From Thermoplasmata archaeon (lineage in GTDB: Archaea > Thermoplasmatota > JASEFT01 > JBBABA01): a DNA stretch of 64,000 nt. Below the pieces are notes generated by a model, which was given only the letters and a program-made list of their open reading frames with translations, made no database searches and was not told the origin of the DNA. Below are positions 29,793 to 40,773 of the stretch, piece by piece (the stretch's first letter is position 1; each line of letters starts with the position of its first letter). The DNA lies in NCBI GenBank assembly GCA_041657955.1, contig JBBABA010000006.1:64566-128565 (forward strand), given 5' to 3'. Made by a program: the position numbers and the translations under genes.

Positions 29793-30440
29793 ATGGCAAA
29801 GACAAAGAAGTTTGTAAAGGAAGTGAATTTTACTACTGTAAAGGATTTCAGGCCAAAAGGCGTCGAGGAGACAGGATTAGCTTTCGTCGGCTACGAAATA
29901 TCTGACGACAGGAAGGTAATGAACCAAAAACTCCACTATGACCAGCTCTACACGATAAGACACGGCTGGAACTCTCCGTTTTTCATCGGCCTTGTCGATG
30001 GCAAGATAATGGGAACAAAATGTCCTAAATGCGGCGACGCATGGGTGCCTGCGAGAACACACTGCTGGAATCTTGATTGCAACCTCGAACACACAAAATG
30101 GATCGAGATGCCTCTGAAAGCAAAAGTGCACACATGGACTGTGGCAGGCTGGTCTGGCAGGTCGTCCCTGAAGAGACTGCCTATCGTGCTAGTGTACGCA
30201 GTAGTCGAAGGGTCAAAGGTAGCAATCGCCAACGAACTGCACGGCATCAAACCATGGGACGCAGAATTCGGCATGCCGCTAAAGATAGTGTTCAAACCCA
30301 AAGAGGAAAGAGTGGGTGCAGTAACAGATTTCTGGTACGAACCCGCAGAGGGTTGGAAACCATCCCCGATGACTCCGGAGAAAGAAAGGATAAAGAAATT
30401 GGTCGAACCAGTCTATGAGTGGGTCAAAACATTGCAATGA
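29793..30440 (+). CDS. DUF35 OB-fold/Zn-ribbon protein (thiolase/HMG-CoA synthase scaffold partner).
   Basis: CPKCGD...C Zn ribbon plus an OB-fold region. It is translationally coupled 1 nt after the thiolase stop. Confidence 0.75.
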   Translation: MAKTKKFVKEVNFTTVKDFRPKGVEETGLAFVGYEISDDRKVMNQKLHYDQLYTIRHGWNSPFFIGLVDGKIMGTKCPKCGDAWVPARTHCWNLDCNLEHTKWIEMPLKAKVHTWTVAGWSGRSSLKRLPIVLVYAVVEGSKVAIANELHGIKPWDAEFGMPLKIVFKPKEERVGAVTDFWYEPAEGWKPSPMTPEKERIKKLVEPVYEWVKTLQ

Positions 30441-30464
30441 AAGAACCCTGAAGTGAAAGAAATT

Positions 30465-30496
30465 GCCCCGATGTTTCGGGGCTTTCCATTTTTTAT
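30465..30496 (+). terminator. Stem-loop plus T-run terminator after the thiolase-DUF35 operon.
   Basis: GCCCCGatgtttCGGGGC followed by tttccattttttat. Confidence 0.5.
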
Positions 30497-30625
30497 ATTT
30501 GAAAAAGATTCGAGATGTTTATTTTTGAAAAGTACGCCAGGAAATTAGATTATTAGATAGATATTTATTTGATATATTGTTATTTTGATACATTATAAAT
30601 ATTAAATATCTTATTGTGAGGTCGT

Positions 30626-31060
30626 ATGCGAATTAAACTTATCTGCGTCGGGCGGGTAAAAGAGCAGTTCATAGCCCAAGGGTGCAGCCTGTACTTAGAG
30701 CGATTGGAAAGACTGCAGAGACTGGAGGTTATAGAGGTTACAGACCTGGACACAGACAAGGAGGGAAAGCTCATACTCGCAAAATGTAAGGAGCTTCCGA
30801 TCTACGCCTTCTCTGAAGAGGGCGAGGAGTTCACGTCTATCAAGTTCGCGGATTTAATCCGTAATCTTACGAGTGCTACAGGCGATGTTGCATTCGTTAT
30901 CGGCGGTCCAGACGGCCTGTCCGACGAAGTAAAGAAAAAGGCGAAAAAGATCATCTCACTCTCCAAGATGACCTTCACGCATGAGATGGCGCGGCTGATA
31001 CTTCTGGAACAGATATACAGAGCCGTGGCTATACTGAAAGGGATGCCGTATCACAAATAA
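30626..31060 (+). CDS. rlmH: 23S rRNA (pseudouridine-N3)-methyltransferase RlmH (SPOUT).
   Basis: 144 aa. The C-terminal LLEQIYRAVAILKGMPYHK matches the RlmH C-terminal signature. VIGGPDGL SPOUT motif. Confidence 0.8.
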   Translation: MRIKLICVGRVKEQFIAQGCSLYLERLERLQRLEVIEVTDLDTDKEGKLILAKCKELPIYAFSEEGEEFTSIKFADLIRNLTSATGDVAFVIGGPDGLSDEVKKKAKKIISLSKMTFTHEMARLILLEQIYRAVAILKGMPYHK

Positions 31061-31098
31061 ATTTTCTAAAAATAAAATTATTAAAAATTGGTCGGTTA
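31037..31098. repeat. Direct repeat A (rlmH 3' end plus about 40 bp downstream).
   Basis: About 58/62 identity with 33226-33286. Confidence 0.8.
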
Positions 31099-31176
31099 AA
31101 TGGTGGATATACACCATTGAAACATAATTGGAATATTACTTGAATTTTAACACGCCAATTTTGTTTATACCGTTTC

Positions 31177-32322
31177 TCACACCAAGAACCCCCAACTATG
31201 CTCGCAGTTGCCGTATCCTCCGTCCATCGAATCCAGCCGTATTACGCGCTCCTTGTTCTTGTGGTAGAACTGCTTTACTATTGAGGGGTATTCGTTGTAG
31301 TACAATATTGTATTCTTGAGCGGGAACGGTTGTTCGAATCTCCAATATGCGTGCGCGTACGCCTCGCACTCGACGTATATCTCTTCCTCTTCTTTCTTGT
31401 TCTTCGCGCCTACGCTGAACGTTGGAAGGTGGGATGATGCTGGATTGTGCTTCTTGCCGATCCAGATATTTTTCATCTCATATGTCTTGTCCTCTTTCGC
31501 GCAGTAGAACTCGACCTTGTTCGAAAGATATATGCGTCCTCTTGCCTCGAACGTCCTGTGCGGTTCAAGGCCGCGCATGAGCATTGGAAGCCCGGCGTGG
31601 AACGCCGAATACTGCAGGTACGAGCCGTCACCGAAATGTATCGCGCTCCAGTACCAGGGCACCGCAGGGGAGTTTACTGTGACCTTCTGAAAATAGGCGG
31701 TGCCAGTGATGTGTTCCTTTTCCCCAGTGCCGCCTTCTCCAGGTTCGGTGCGCATAGTGCCCGCAAGGTCCATCTTTCTTATCTTCATTATGTTGTAGCC
31801 GTATTTCTTTCTGAACATGCGCTCGCTGTAATCGTGCTGGGAAAGCGGACCGCTTACACAAGGCGTCATCGTGAAATCAAAATCGATGCCGGGTTTTTTT
31901 ATGAACAGCTTATATTCTTTCTTGTTGCCCTCGAACCTGCATCCGTCCTTCTTTTTTGTCACGGAGAAAAGCGCGCCGCTCTCCGAGTCGTCGCCGTAGT
32001 CCAGCACTGCGTACTCGTCGCGCTCGAGAATGAATTCGTCTGTCATCTTTTTTCCGTCAAAATACCATGCCGCTGCCATGCCGTCGAACTCAAGGCCGGA
32101 CTGCGTTTTCTTCAGCCCCTTCTTCCTTTGCCAGGGCATCTGGTCGACCAATATATTTTTGCAATTTTTCGTTGACCAAAGTATCATGAATTGCTTGGGG
32201 TGAAGCGGGTCGTCTTTATTGTCGATATAGAGAAGCCAGAACCACCACCACCACGTCAGGCGTGGGATCTTTATGCCGGGGTCCATGAACCACATACTAT
32301 CTCTTTGGTGCCGCATTGCCAT
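31177..32322 (-). CDS. Hypothetical protein (381 aa), Trp-rich N-terminus. No recognisable family.
   Basis: Long ORF lying between the rlmH-derived repeats. Confidence 0.5.
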   Translation of the reverse strand: MAMRHQRDSMWFMDPGIKIPRLTWWWWFWLLYIDNKDDPLHPKQFMILWSTKNCKNILVDQMPWQRKKGLKKTQSGLEFDGMAAAWYFDGKKMTDEFILERDEYAVLDYGDDSESGALFSVTKKKDGCRFEGNKKEYKLFIKKPGIDFDFTMTPCVSGPLSQHDYSERMFRKKYGYNIMKIRKMDLAGTMRTEPGEGGTGEKEHITGTAYFQKVTVNSPAVPWYWSAIHFGDGSYLQYSAFHAGLPMLMRGLEPHRTFEARGRIYLSNKVEFYCAKEDKTYEMKNIWIGKKHNPASSHLPTFSVGAKNKKEEEEIYVECEAYAHAYWRFEQPFPLKNTILYYNEYPSIVKQFYHKNKERVIRLDSMDGGYGNCEHSWGFLV

Positions 32323-32400
32323 CCCGTATCTACCTCTTGGCGATATAAATGTTCAACAATAAACATTTATCAGTGTATTAATATCTTTGGTGTTGGGTTT

Positions 32401-32454
32401 CTGGAACAAACATACAGAGCCGCAACTATACTGAAAGGGATGCTGCATCATAGG
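32401..32454. repeat. Diverged partial copy of the rlmH 3' coding end (repeat C).
   Basis: ctggaacaaacatacagagccgcaactatactgaaagggatgctgcatca aligns at about 85% with 31006-31055 and encodes LEQTYRAATILKGMLHHR. Confidence 0.7.
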
Positions 32455-32589
32455 TGAAAAATGAGTCTTTCGACCTAAGGGCGGGTTGTACACCCAAAAC
32501 ACACATTGCCTCCCGCCCATGCACAACTATAATTTTATAAAACAATAACTTTATAAAGTTATAATTACATACATATTATTGGTGATACT

Positions 32590-32787
32590 ATGAGCACAAT
32601 AGCACTTCCGCAAGACACACTGAAGGAGCTCAAGCTCCTGCAGATAGAAAAAGGCTACAGAAGCATGAAAGACGTGGTAGAGGATCTGCTCCTCGAATAT
32701 AAGAGGTCCAAGTTTCTGGCAGCGAGCGAGAATTTCAAGCAGAGGATGAAGAAACGCGGCATAAAAATCGAGGAACTGGTAAAATAA
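32590..32787 (+). CDS. Ribbon-helix-helix (CopG/VapB-like) antitoxin.
   Basis: 65 aa. N-terminal beta-strand TIALPQDT then a helix. GGTGA SD. It lies 24 nt upstream of a PIN gene. Confidence 0.6.
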   Translation: MSTIALPQDTLKELKLLQIEKGYRSMKDVVEDLLLEYKRSKFLAASENFKQRMKKRGIKIEELVK

Positions 32788-32810
32788 ACGTAGTTCGGGA
32801 AACTGATAAA

Positions 32811-33218
32811 ATGAACATAGTAGTCGACACCAACATCCTCTTCTCGGCGTTATACGATCCAGACTCGAACGCTGGCCTGCTTATCATGGCCGCAATAGAC
32901 GGTGTTATCGACTTATACGCACCGGATACAGTAAAAGAGGAAATAACCCGCACAGTTAAAAATAAGCTGTCGTACACAGAAGAAGAGGCGGAAGAACTCA
33001 TCACATCGTTGCCTGTGAAATGGATCGAAAGCGAAGCATACGCATCTTCCATGCCTTACGCCAAAACACAACTTAGCCACGAAAACGACGTCCCGATACT
33101 CGCATGCGCCCTAATGCTCGGATACGACATCGTAAGCGGCGACAAGCACCTGTTGAATATCAAGCCGGAAATCGTAAAGGTGTGGGCGCTATGCGAACTT
33201 GTGAAAAAACTAGCATGA
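32811..33218 (+). CDS. PIN-domain toxin (VapC-like).
   Basis: N-terminal VVDTNIL with a conserved Asp. About 135 aa with acidic residues positioned as in PIN. Confidence 0.75.
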   Translation: MNIVVDTNILFSALYDPDSNAGLLIMAAIDGVIDLYAPDTVKEEITRTVKNKLSYTEEEAEELITSLPVKWIESEAYASSMPYAKTQLSHENDVPILACALMLGYDIVSGDKHLLNIKPEIVKVWALCELVKKLA

Positions 33219-33225
33219 AAGGGAT

Positions 33226-33286
33226 GCGTATCACAAATAAACTTTCTAAAAATAAAATTGTTAAAAATTGGTCGGTTGGACAATTT
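33226..33286. repeat. Direct repeat B (copy of the rlmH 3' end plus downstream sequence).
   Basis: gaaagggatgcgtatcacaaataaactttctaaaaataaaattgttaaaaattggtcggtt. It is near-identical to repeat A with a 1-nt deletion and starts immediately after the vapC stop. Confidence 0.8.
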
Positions 33287-33388
33287 TTGCAAAGGATAGT
33301 TTGTTGATGCACATTTCATCTAACCATTGATAGTAGCATGAACTTGGTTGATATATCACTTTCCCAACTCTATGTATACCAATTTAAT

Positions 33389-33619
33389 TTATTTACTCCT
33401 TCTCATTTTCTTTTTAGTTGTGAAAAACAAAAAAAGAGTCGTCCCTCCAATAAACAGAAGTAAGAGAATTATTACACTTTGAAAAACCGAAGAAATCGCA
33501 TCGCCAGATACCAAATTAGAATCAATAATCAAAATAACTACCATAGCGATGAAAATACAAAGCATTATTTTGGCAGAAACTCTCGCAACTATCTTCATGC
33601 CTAATTTCTCCATATCCAC
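33389..33619 (-). CDS. Small membrane protein (two TM helices).
   Basis: 76-aa hydrophobic ORF. Weak support. Confidence 0.3.
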   Translation of the reverse strand: MDMEKLGMKIVARVSAKIMLCIFIAMVVILIIDSNLVSGDAISSVFQSVIILLLLFIGGTTLFLFFTTKKKMRRSK

Positions 33620-33682
33620 AATCCTCCTCTTAGGATGGTGGTGAAACTCTCTTTACCAAAATCAGTACAACCCCACATTATC

Positions 33683-34801
<1,119 letters not shown>

Positions 34802-34989
34802 TTATAACTTTAAAAAAGTTGTGCATGTAAAGCTGAAATTTAGTGCATATCGTGACTGCCAGATTAATACGATCCATGTACTCCACCAGCACGATTAGAT
34901 GTTCGCGCATCTTGACGGCCACGCAAATCTAACCCAAAAATTATTAAAGCAAATATCCTCTACTCCCATACTGAGAACGGTGATGTGTT

Positions 34990-35298
34990 ATGGACATAAT
35001 GTTAGGAAACATCAAACTTACGAATTGCGCGATAGACAAGGTAGTGGAAAGAAGCGTCGAGCGGACGATAGAACCCGGTAAAGACGGCGACGACTTAGTC
35101 GATACTGGGGCTAGATCCGCCGAGTTCACGATCAAAGGAAAACTCTCCATGGAAGCATTTAAAGCGTTAGAGACGGAGATCAAAAAAGGACAACCGATGT
35201 TCAAGTCGGATTTTGGCATATATAAAGTTGCAGTCAAACGCATAGAATACAAATCCACAGGAGAGTACACCCTTCTCATATTGGAGGATATTTTATAA
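34990..35298 (+). CDS. Hypothetical protein (102 aa).
   Basis: ORF with GGTGA SD 10 nt upstream. No motif recognised. Confidence 0.4.
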   Translation: MDIMLGNIKLTNCAIDKVVERSVERTIEPGKDGDDLVDTGARSAEFTIKGKLSMEAFKALETEIKKGQPMFKSDFGIYKVAVKRIEYKSTGEYTLLILEDIL

Positions 35299-35344
35299 TA
35301 TTACGTCTCCAACTGATAAAAAAACATAACGATTGTGGACGCAC

Positions 35345-36751
35345 TCATTTATACAAATCCAAACTCTTCTGGAATCTAACTCTTTCTCCGGAGATTTCGA
35401 TCGGGTATTCTTTTGTCAGGCATCCCAGGCACAAGTCGTCGTAAGGTTTTCCTATTGACTCGACGAGTTCTTTGACTGTTAAAAATTCAAGGGAATCCGC
35501 GGCAATCTCTTTTGCTATCTCGTCCACTGTTTTGGCACTGGCGATAAGTTCCCCGCGATTTGTCATGTCTATCCCAAAATAGCATGGTGCAACTATCGGA
35601 GGGAAACCGATTCGGATATGAATTTCTTTTGCATTTGCATTTCTGATGAATTGAACGATCTTTTTTATTGTAGAACCCCTGACAATGCTGTCGTCTACCA
35701 ATACGATTCTTTTTCCCTCGATAAGCGGCCTCACTGTGTTCAACTTCATTTTTATGCTGAGGTCCCTCATCTCCTGATGCGGCATTATAAACGTTCTGCC
35801 GATGTACCTATTCTTCATCAAGCCTTCCGAGTATGGTATCTTGGACTCCATCGAGTATCCCAAAGCATGTGTTCTACCAGAGTCGGGGATAGGGCAGACG
35901 AGATCGGCCTTGACTGGATACTCTCGCGCCAATCTTTTGCCTATCTCGATTCTAACCTCATATCCATACCGTCCATCCATCAAAGAATCCGGCCTTGCGA
36001 AATACACCCACTCAAATACGCAGTGGGCTGTGTTTTTTGGGCTTGCAATCATTGTAGACTCTATACTCGTGGATTTAAGTTCTACAATCTCCCCAGGCGA
36101 TACATCCCTGACGAGTTTAGCATCTATTGCGTCGAGCGCTACACTTTCAGAGGCAACTACATAGCCATTATCGAGTTTTCCGATGCACAAGGGTTTTATT
36201 CCGTACTCATCCCTGAGTGCAAAAATTCTTCCGTTTATTATGAAAACTAGCGAGTATGACCCTATCAATTTTTTAGTCATATTTTTTAACGCACGAACGA
36301 CATTTCCTGTAGACGACAACTCGTCTGCCAGAATGTATATCATAGCTTCTTCTTCGGTATCCGTGACGAATGCGTGGCCTTTTGCCTTTAATTCTTCCCT
36401 GAGAATTTTGGAGTTTATGATGATTCCGTTGTGTCCGACTGCGATATCGCCAACAGATGTGTTCACGACTACGGGCTGAAAATTCTCATATTTGGATAAT
36501 TTAATGGAATAAAGTACGTGTCCGATGCCGCAAGTGCCTTTTAGAGACGATATCTCTTCGGGCCCGAATACCTCGTGCACTAGTCCTCTTTTTTTTATGC
36601 AGTTTATTCCGTTATCGAATGTGGCAATGCCGGCAATTTCCTGTCCTCTGTGTTGAAGAGCCCAAAGAGAGTAATAAATATATGGCGCTGCATCACCAGA
36701 AACAGCGGCGGCTACTACACCGCACTTTTCTATGGGTTTGTCATTGTCCAT
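35345..36751 (-). CDS. purF: Amidophosphoribosyltransferase (glutamine-PRPP amidotransferase).
   Basis: N-terminal Ntn Cys (KCGVVAA), the PRTase motif region and a size of 468 aa. Confidence 0.85.
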   Translation of the reverse strand: MDNDKPIEKCGVVAAAVSGDAAPYIYYSLWALQHRGQEIAGIATFDNGINCIKKRGLVHEVFGPEEISSLKGTCGIGHVLYSIKLSKYENFQPVVVNTSVGDIAVGHNGIIINSKILREELKAKGHAFVTDTEEEAMIYILADELSSTGNVVRALKNMTKKLIGSYSLVFIINGRIFALRDEYGIKPLCIGKLDNGYVVASESVALDAIDAKLVRDVSPGEIVELKSTSIESTMIASPKNTAHCVFEWVYFARPDSLMDGRYGYEVRIEIGKRLAREYPVKADLVCPIPDSGRTHALGYSMESKIPYSEGLMKNRYIGRTFIMPHQEMRDLSIKMKLNTVRPLIEGKRIVLVDDSIVRGSTIKKIVQFIRNANAKEIHIRIGFPPIVAPCYFGIDMTNRGELIASAKTVDEIAKEIAADSLEFLTVKELVESIGKPYDDLCLGCLTKEYPIEISGERVRFQKSLDLYK

Positions 36752-36873
36752 TATTTGATAGCTCCCCCGGCTTTTTCTCTCATAAAAACGTTATTTGTTT
36801 TCACACGTCCATAAATATTTCTCGGACTATGAATCGTAGATAGCACAACTTTAACAGCATTCTAAACTGCTGC

Positions 36874-37041
36874 CTAATGGCGTTTTGCCCACGAATAATT
36901 TCTAAGCCTGCTATTAGCACCAAATCCACAGGAAGCACATACTTTATGTTGAACATGGTAGGCATGCCTCCCGCAACGGCGGCAACGTATGTGCGTCTTC
37001 TTCGATTGCATTTTCCCCATCGATGGCGTACCTTTTGACAT
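36874..37041 (-). CDS. rpl37e: 50S ribosomal protein L37e.
   Basis: Manual translation: [55 protein letters not shown] (C4 zinc ribbon). GGGGGAGGT SD upstream. It is missed by the tracker (<60 aa) and sits immediately downstream of the Sm gene, as in the conserved archaeal operon. Confidence 0.8.
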   Translation of the reverse strand: MSKGTPSMGKMQSKKTHIRCRRCGRHAYHVQHKVCASCGFGANSRLRNYSWAKRH

Positions 37042-37061
37042 TCCGCTCTACCTCCCCCGAT

Positions 37062-37277
37062 TTATATGGATATATAAATTACATTATCTCCCCTAATTAT
37101 TGCAGTATTTAGTGTACCTTTCGTTACTTCTCCAACAACTTCTTCAACGTTTTTCAGCACCAGATTCATGTGCGGATCATAACCGTCCAGCACGCCCCTA
37201 TATTCGATCTTTCCTCTTAATGCGACAATGACGCGATTGTTGAGGTTTTGATTCAGCAATGTTAGGGGTTTGTTCAT
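37062..37277 (-). CDS. Sm-like archaeal protein (SmAP/LSm).
   Basis: Sm1/Sm2 motifs (VIVALRGKIEYRGVLDGYDPHMNLVL...IRGDNV). A TATA-like box about 25 nt upstream of the internal ATG used here. Confidence 0.75.
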   Translation of the reverse strand: MNKPLTLLNQNLNNRVIVALRGKIEYRGVLDGYDPHMNLVLKNVEEVVGEVTKGTLNTAIIRGDNVIYISI

Positions 37278-37456
37278 AGAAATACCTATTACTACCACAT
37301 ATATAGAGAATACTTAAAGTTGTCGAAGAATTTAACATTATTTTGTCTATAAACTCTATGTTACGTTATTATATTGATATGTGAGTGGTCATAGTCAACT
37401 CTAGAGTCTAGAAACATTTATCAACGATATTATATATCAAGGCAGTTGGTGGGGAA

Positions 37457-38788
37457 ATGACAGAAAAAACAAAAGCTAACGTTTTGAGGCTGGTCGAAGA
37501 GCATAAGGTAAAATTTATCCGTTTCTGTTTTACTGATGTTTTAGGATTCTTGAAGGGATTCGCCATTACTCCGGATGAGTTAGAAAGCGCCTTGGAGGAA
37601 GGTATGGGTTTTGACGGCTCTTCTATCGAGGGGTTTGTCAGGATAGAAGAATCTGATATGATTGCACGACCCGACCCCGATACTTTTGCTCTGCTTCCTT
37701 TGCGCTCGGGAGAAGACTGCTGTACTGCCAGAATGTTTTGCGATATTTATGAGCCGAACGGGAAACCTTTTGAAGGCGACCCCAGATACGTATTAAAACG
37801 TAATTTAGCCAGGGCGAAAGCTAAAGGGTTTACTTATTACGTAGGGCCCGAATTAGAGTATTTTTATTTTAGTAATGCTCAAACCCCGCAACCGCTAGAC
37901 CAGGGCGGTTATTTTGATTTAGTGCCCTTAGATGTGTCTCAGGATTTAAGGCGGGACACCATACTAACCATGCAAGCGTTAGGGATTGCAGTCGAATACA
38001 GCCATCACGAAGTTGCACCAAGCCAGCATGAGATTGATTTACGGTACAAAGACGCGCTGACTATGGCAGACAATGTGATGACTTATCGTTTGGTGGTTAA
38101 AGAAGTTGCCCGTAAACACGGCGCATATGCCAGTTTCATGCCTAAACCAATATTTGGCATTAATGGTTCGGGTATGCACGTACACCAGTCACTGTTCCAT
38201 GGTGAGAAGAACGCTTTTTTTGATCCGAAAGAAAAATATCATCTTTCCGAGATTGGAAAACAATTCACCGCAGGGTTATTAAAACACGCTCCGGAGCTCA
38301 CCTCGATAACTAACCAATGGATTAACTCCTATAAGCGCCTGGTGCCGGGATATGAAGCCCCGGTGTATATTTGCTGGGCCCAGATGAATCGGTCTGCTCT
38401 TATACGTGTGCCGATGTACAAACCAGGGAAGGAAAAGGCAACCCGTATCGAATATCGCTCGCCTGATCCTGCCTGCAATCCATACTTGGCTTTTTCGGTT
38501 ATGTTAGCCGCTGGCTTGGAAGGAATTGAAAAGAATTATAAATTGGGTGAACCCGCAAACGATAACATTTACCACATGAGTGCAGAAGAAAGAAATAACT
38601 TAGGTATAAAATCACTGCCAGAAGATTTACTTGAGGCGACTAAGATTACTGAGAACAGTAAGCTGATTAAAGATTGCTTAGGGGACAAGGTCTTTAGATA
38701 TTTTATCCGCAACAAAAAGATGGAATGGGATGAATACAAAGCACAGGTAACCCAATATGAAATAAACAAATATTTGCCTATACTGTAA
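37457..38788 (+). CDS. glnA: Glutamine synthetase type I.
   Basis: GS signature regions (GFDGSSI, the ATP-binding KPIFGINGSGMHVHQS, NPYLAF). 443 aa. Confidence 0.85.
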   Translation: MTEKTKANVLRLVEEHKVKFIRFCFTDVLGFLKGFAITPDELESALEEGMGFDGSSIEGFVRIEESDMIARPDPDTFALLPLRSGEDCCTARMFCDIYEPNGKPFEGDPRYVLKRNLARAKAKGFTYYVGPELEYFYFSNAQTPQPLDQGGYFDLVPLDVSQDLRRDTILTMQALGIAVEYSHHEVAPSQHEIDLRYKDALTMADNVMTYRLVVKEVARKHGAYASFMPKPIFGINGSGMHVHQSLFHGEKNAFFDPKEKYHLSEIGKQFTAGLLKHAPELTSITNQWINSYKRLVPGYEAPVYICWAQMNRSALIRVPMYKPGKEKATRIEYRSPDPACNPYLAFSVMLAAGLEGIEKNYKLGEPANDNIYHMSAEERNNLGIKSLPEDLLEATKITENSKLIKDCLGDKVFRYFIRNKKMEWDEYKAQVTQYEINKYLPIL

Positions 38789-38810
38789 CAAACCGTTTCT
38801 TTGCTCTTAC

Positions 38811-39989
38811 CTACCCTCTTCTTTTCAACAATAACACGCTTGCCCCGAGCGTTAATAACGCAAACACTACCAATATTGTTATTTCGAACCAGATTTGACC
38901 GATTCCCCAACCGCGCAACATGATAGAGCGCTCCGCATCAATGCCATATTTTAATGGGATGATGTAACCTATCGGCCGGAGCAACGCAGGAACCGATTCT
39001 ATCGGCCAGAACAATCCGGCAAGCAGGACGGATGGGAATATTATCAGAGGTATGAACTGTATTGCCTGAAGCTCGTTCTTGGCCCATGACGAAAGCAATA
39101 TCCCTAGGCCCTGGTGGCCGACTGCCAAAAGCATCACGACGAACAATGCCAAGAGGATGTTCCCAGCTATCGTTATATTGAATACCAAGATCGCAGCGGA
39201 GAGTATTACTATACTTTGTATCATTCCGATGACTCCGAAAGCGAGTGCGTAGCCGAGTACTATCTCGACCTCGCTTGCGGGCGATGCCAAAAGCCGCTGG
39301 AGCGTACCGTTGCGCCTCTCGAACACGAATAATATTATCGTTATCATCGTCGTGACCATCATTATCGCAAACGATATGACTCCGGGTGCGAAGTAGTCGA
39401 TGAATTTCGTGTTCTCGCCGCCGTACGCATAATTGGCTGTGACGTTTATCGGAATCTCAGAAGCGGAGCGGTTCATCTCACGCGCAATGTCATTTATCGT
39501 GTTGATGATCGCCGTATTCACTGCTTTCATCACTGCTCCCGCCATGTTCGGGTTTGAACCGTCCAGGTAAATCTCGACGGCGGGGCGTATCGGAGCAATT
39601 GTATTTGTGACGTTTGTGCTGTTCGCCGCGTTAGTCGCACTCGCATTGAACGTCATGTACTTGACAAGATTACTCGTGAAGTTTGCAGGGAATATTATCG
39701 CGGCCCACGTCTTTCCATCGTCAACCAGTTTCTTCGAGGTAACCGTATCCGTTGACATTGTTATTGTCAAGGTATCGTGGTTCGTGTTGTTTATCACGCG
39801 GTCAGCAACATAGCCGACGTCCTGATTGATTACCTCAACCTTTACATTACTTACCTCCCCTCCGAAAGTGTAACCGAAAATCAGTATCATAAGAAGCGGC
39901 ATTACAAGCACGAACGCAAACGTACGCCTGTCATGCCTGAACTGCATAAGCGTTCTGCGGGTAAAGGCGAGTGTGCGGCGGGCGTTCAT
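38811..39989 (-). CDS. ABC-2 family transporter permease with a large extracytoplasmic loop.
   Basis: N-terminal TM, a long soluble loop with N-x-S/T sites, and 5 C-terminal TM helices. There is a 4-nt overlap with the upstream ATPase gene. Confidence 0.6.
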   Translation of the reverse strand: MNARRTLAFTRRTLMQFRHDRRTFAFVLVMPLLMILIFGYTFGGEVSNVKVEVINQDVGYVADRVINNTNHDTLTITMSTDTVTSKKLVDDGKTWAAIIFPANFTSNLVKYMTFNASATNAANSTNVTNTIAPIRPAVEIYLDGSNPNMAGAVMKAVNTAIINTINDIAREMNRSASEIPINVTANYAYGGENTKFIDYFAPGVISFAIMMVTTMITIILFVFERRNGTLQRLLASPASEVEIVLGYALAFGVIGMIQSIVILSAAILVFNITIAGNILLALFVVMLLAVGHQGLGILLSSWAKNELQAIQFIPLIIFPSVLLAGLFWPIESVPALLRPIGYIIPLKYGIDAERSIMLRGWGIGQIWFEITILVVFALLTLGASVLLLKRRG

Positions 39990-40708
39990 TTCGCATCCCC
40001 CCTTGCCAAAGCCAAAAACGCATCCTCCAAAGACTTGGTGTCTGTCTTATTCATTATTTCATTGGGTTTCCCTTCGGCGATCAATTTTCCTTGCCGAAGA
40101 AGGCCCACTTTAGAGCAGTGACTGGCTTCGTCCATGTAGTGCGTCGTTATTATCACGGTGATGCCTTTCGCGGACATCGTATCAAAATATTTCCAGAATG
40201 TTGCTCTCAATTCCGGATCTACACCTACAGTCGGTTCGTCGAGGAAAAGCAAATGCGGTTCGTGAATTAGCGCACAAGCAAGGCTTACACGGTGTTTCAT
40301 ACCGCCGCTGAGAGTAGATACCAATGCATCGCGCCAATCCAAGAGATCCACGAATTTCAACATTTCCGCTTCCCGTTTTTCAATACGCTCGGCAGGCATG
40401 CAATAGATTCTCCCAAAGAGAAGGAGATTCTCGTGCACTGTGTTGTCCAAGTATATTGCGGTTTCCTGTGGCATATATCCGATTTCGTTCTTAACGACCG
40501 TAGATGGCAATAACTTTCCCAGCACCTTTACACTACCAGATGTCGGGCGGAGTAAATCGCAAAGTATTTTGATTGTCGTAGTCTTGCCTGAACCATTAGG
40601 CCCAAGCAATCCATATGTTTCGCCTTCGTTGACTTTTAGACTCAGAGCGTTTAAAGCAGTAAAATTCCCGAATTTTTTAGTTAGTTTTTCTGTTTCTATA
40701 GCTAACAT
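39986..40708 (-). CDS. ABC transporter ATP-binding protein.
   Basis: Walker A GPNGSGKTT, signature LSGGMKHRV, Walker B LLFLDEPT. Confidence 0.8.
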   Translation of the reverse strand: MLAIETEKLTKKFGNFTALNALSLKVNEGETYGLLGPNGSGKTTTIKILCDLLRPTSGSVKVLGKLLPSTVVKNEIGYMPQETAIYLDNTVHENLLLFGRIYCMPAERIEKREAEMLKFVDLLDWRDALVSTLSGGMKHRVSLACALIHEPHLLFLDEPTVGVDPELRATFWKYFDTMSAKGITVIITTHYMDEASHCSKVGLLRQGKLIAEGKPNEIMNKTDTKSLEDAFLALARGDAK

Positions 40709-40773
40709 TGTGTTGCCTCGAATGCGGGTGTGTTTTTGGACTATTTTTGTTTGATATCTGCTTGATGTTAATA

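Noticed and set aside
28113-30418. Several 60-130-aa ORFs antisense to taw1, the thiolase and the DUF35 gene.
   Set aside because: They are embedded in well-supported genes on the opposite strand.
31328-31345. ggttgttcgaatctcc, resembling a tRNA T-arm (GGTTCGAATCC).
   Set aside because: There is no complementary acceptor or T-stem pairing nearby and no D-arm or anticodon arm. It lies inside the 381-aa coding region.
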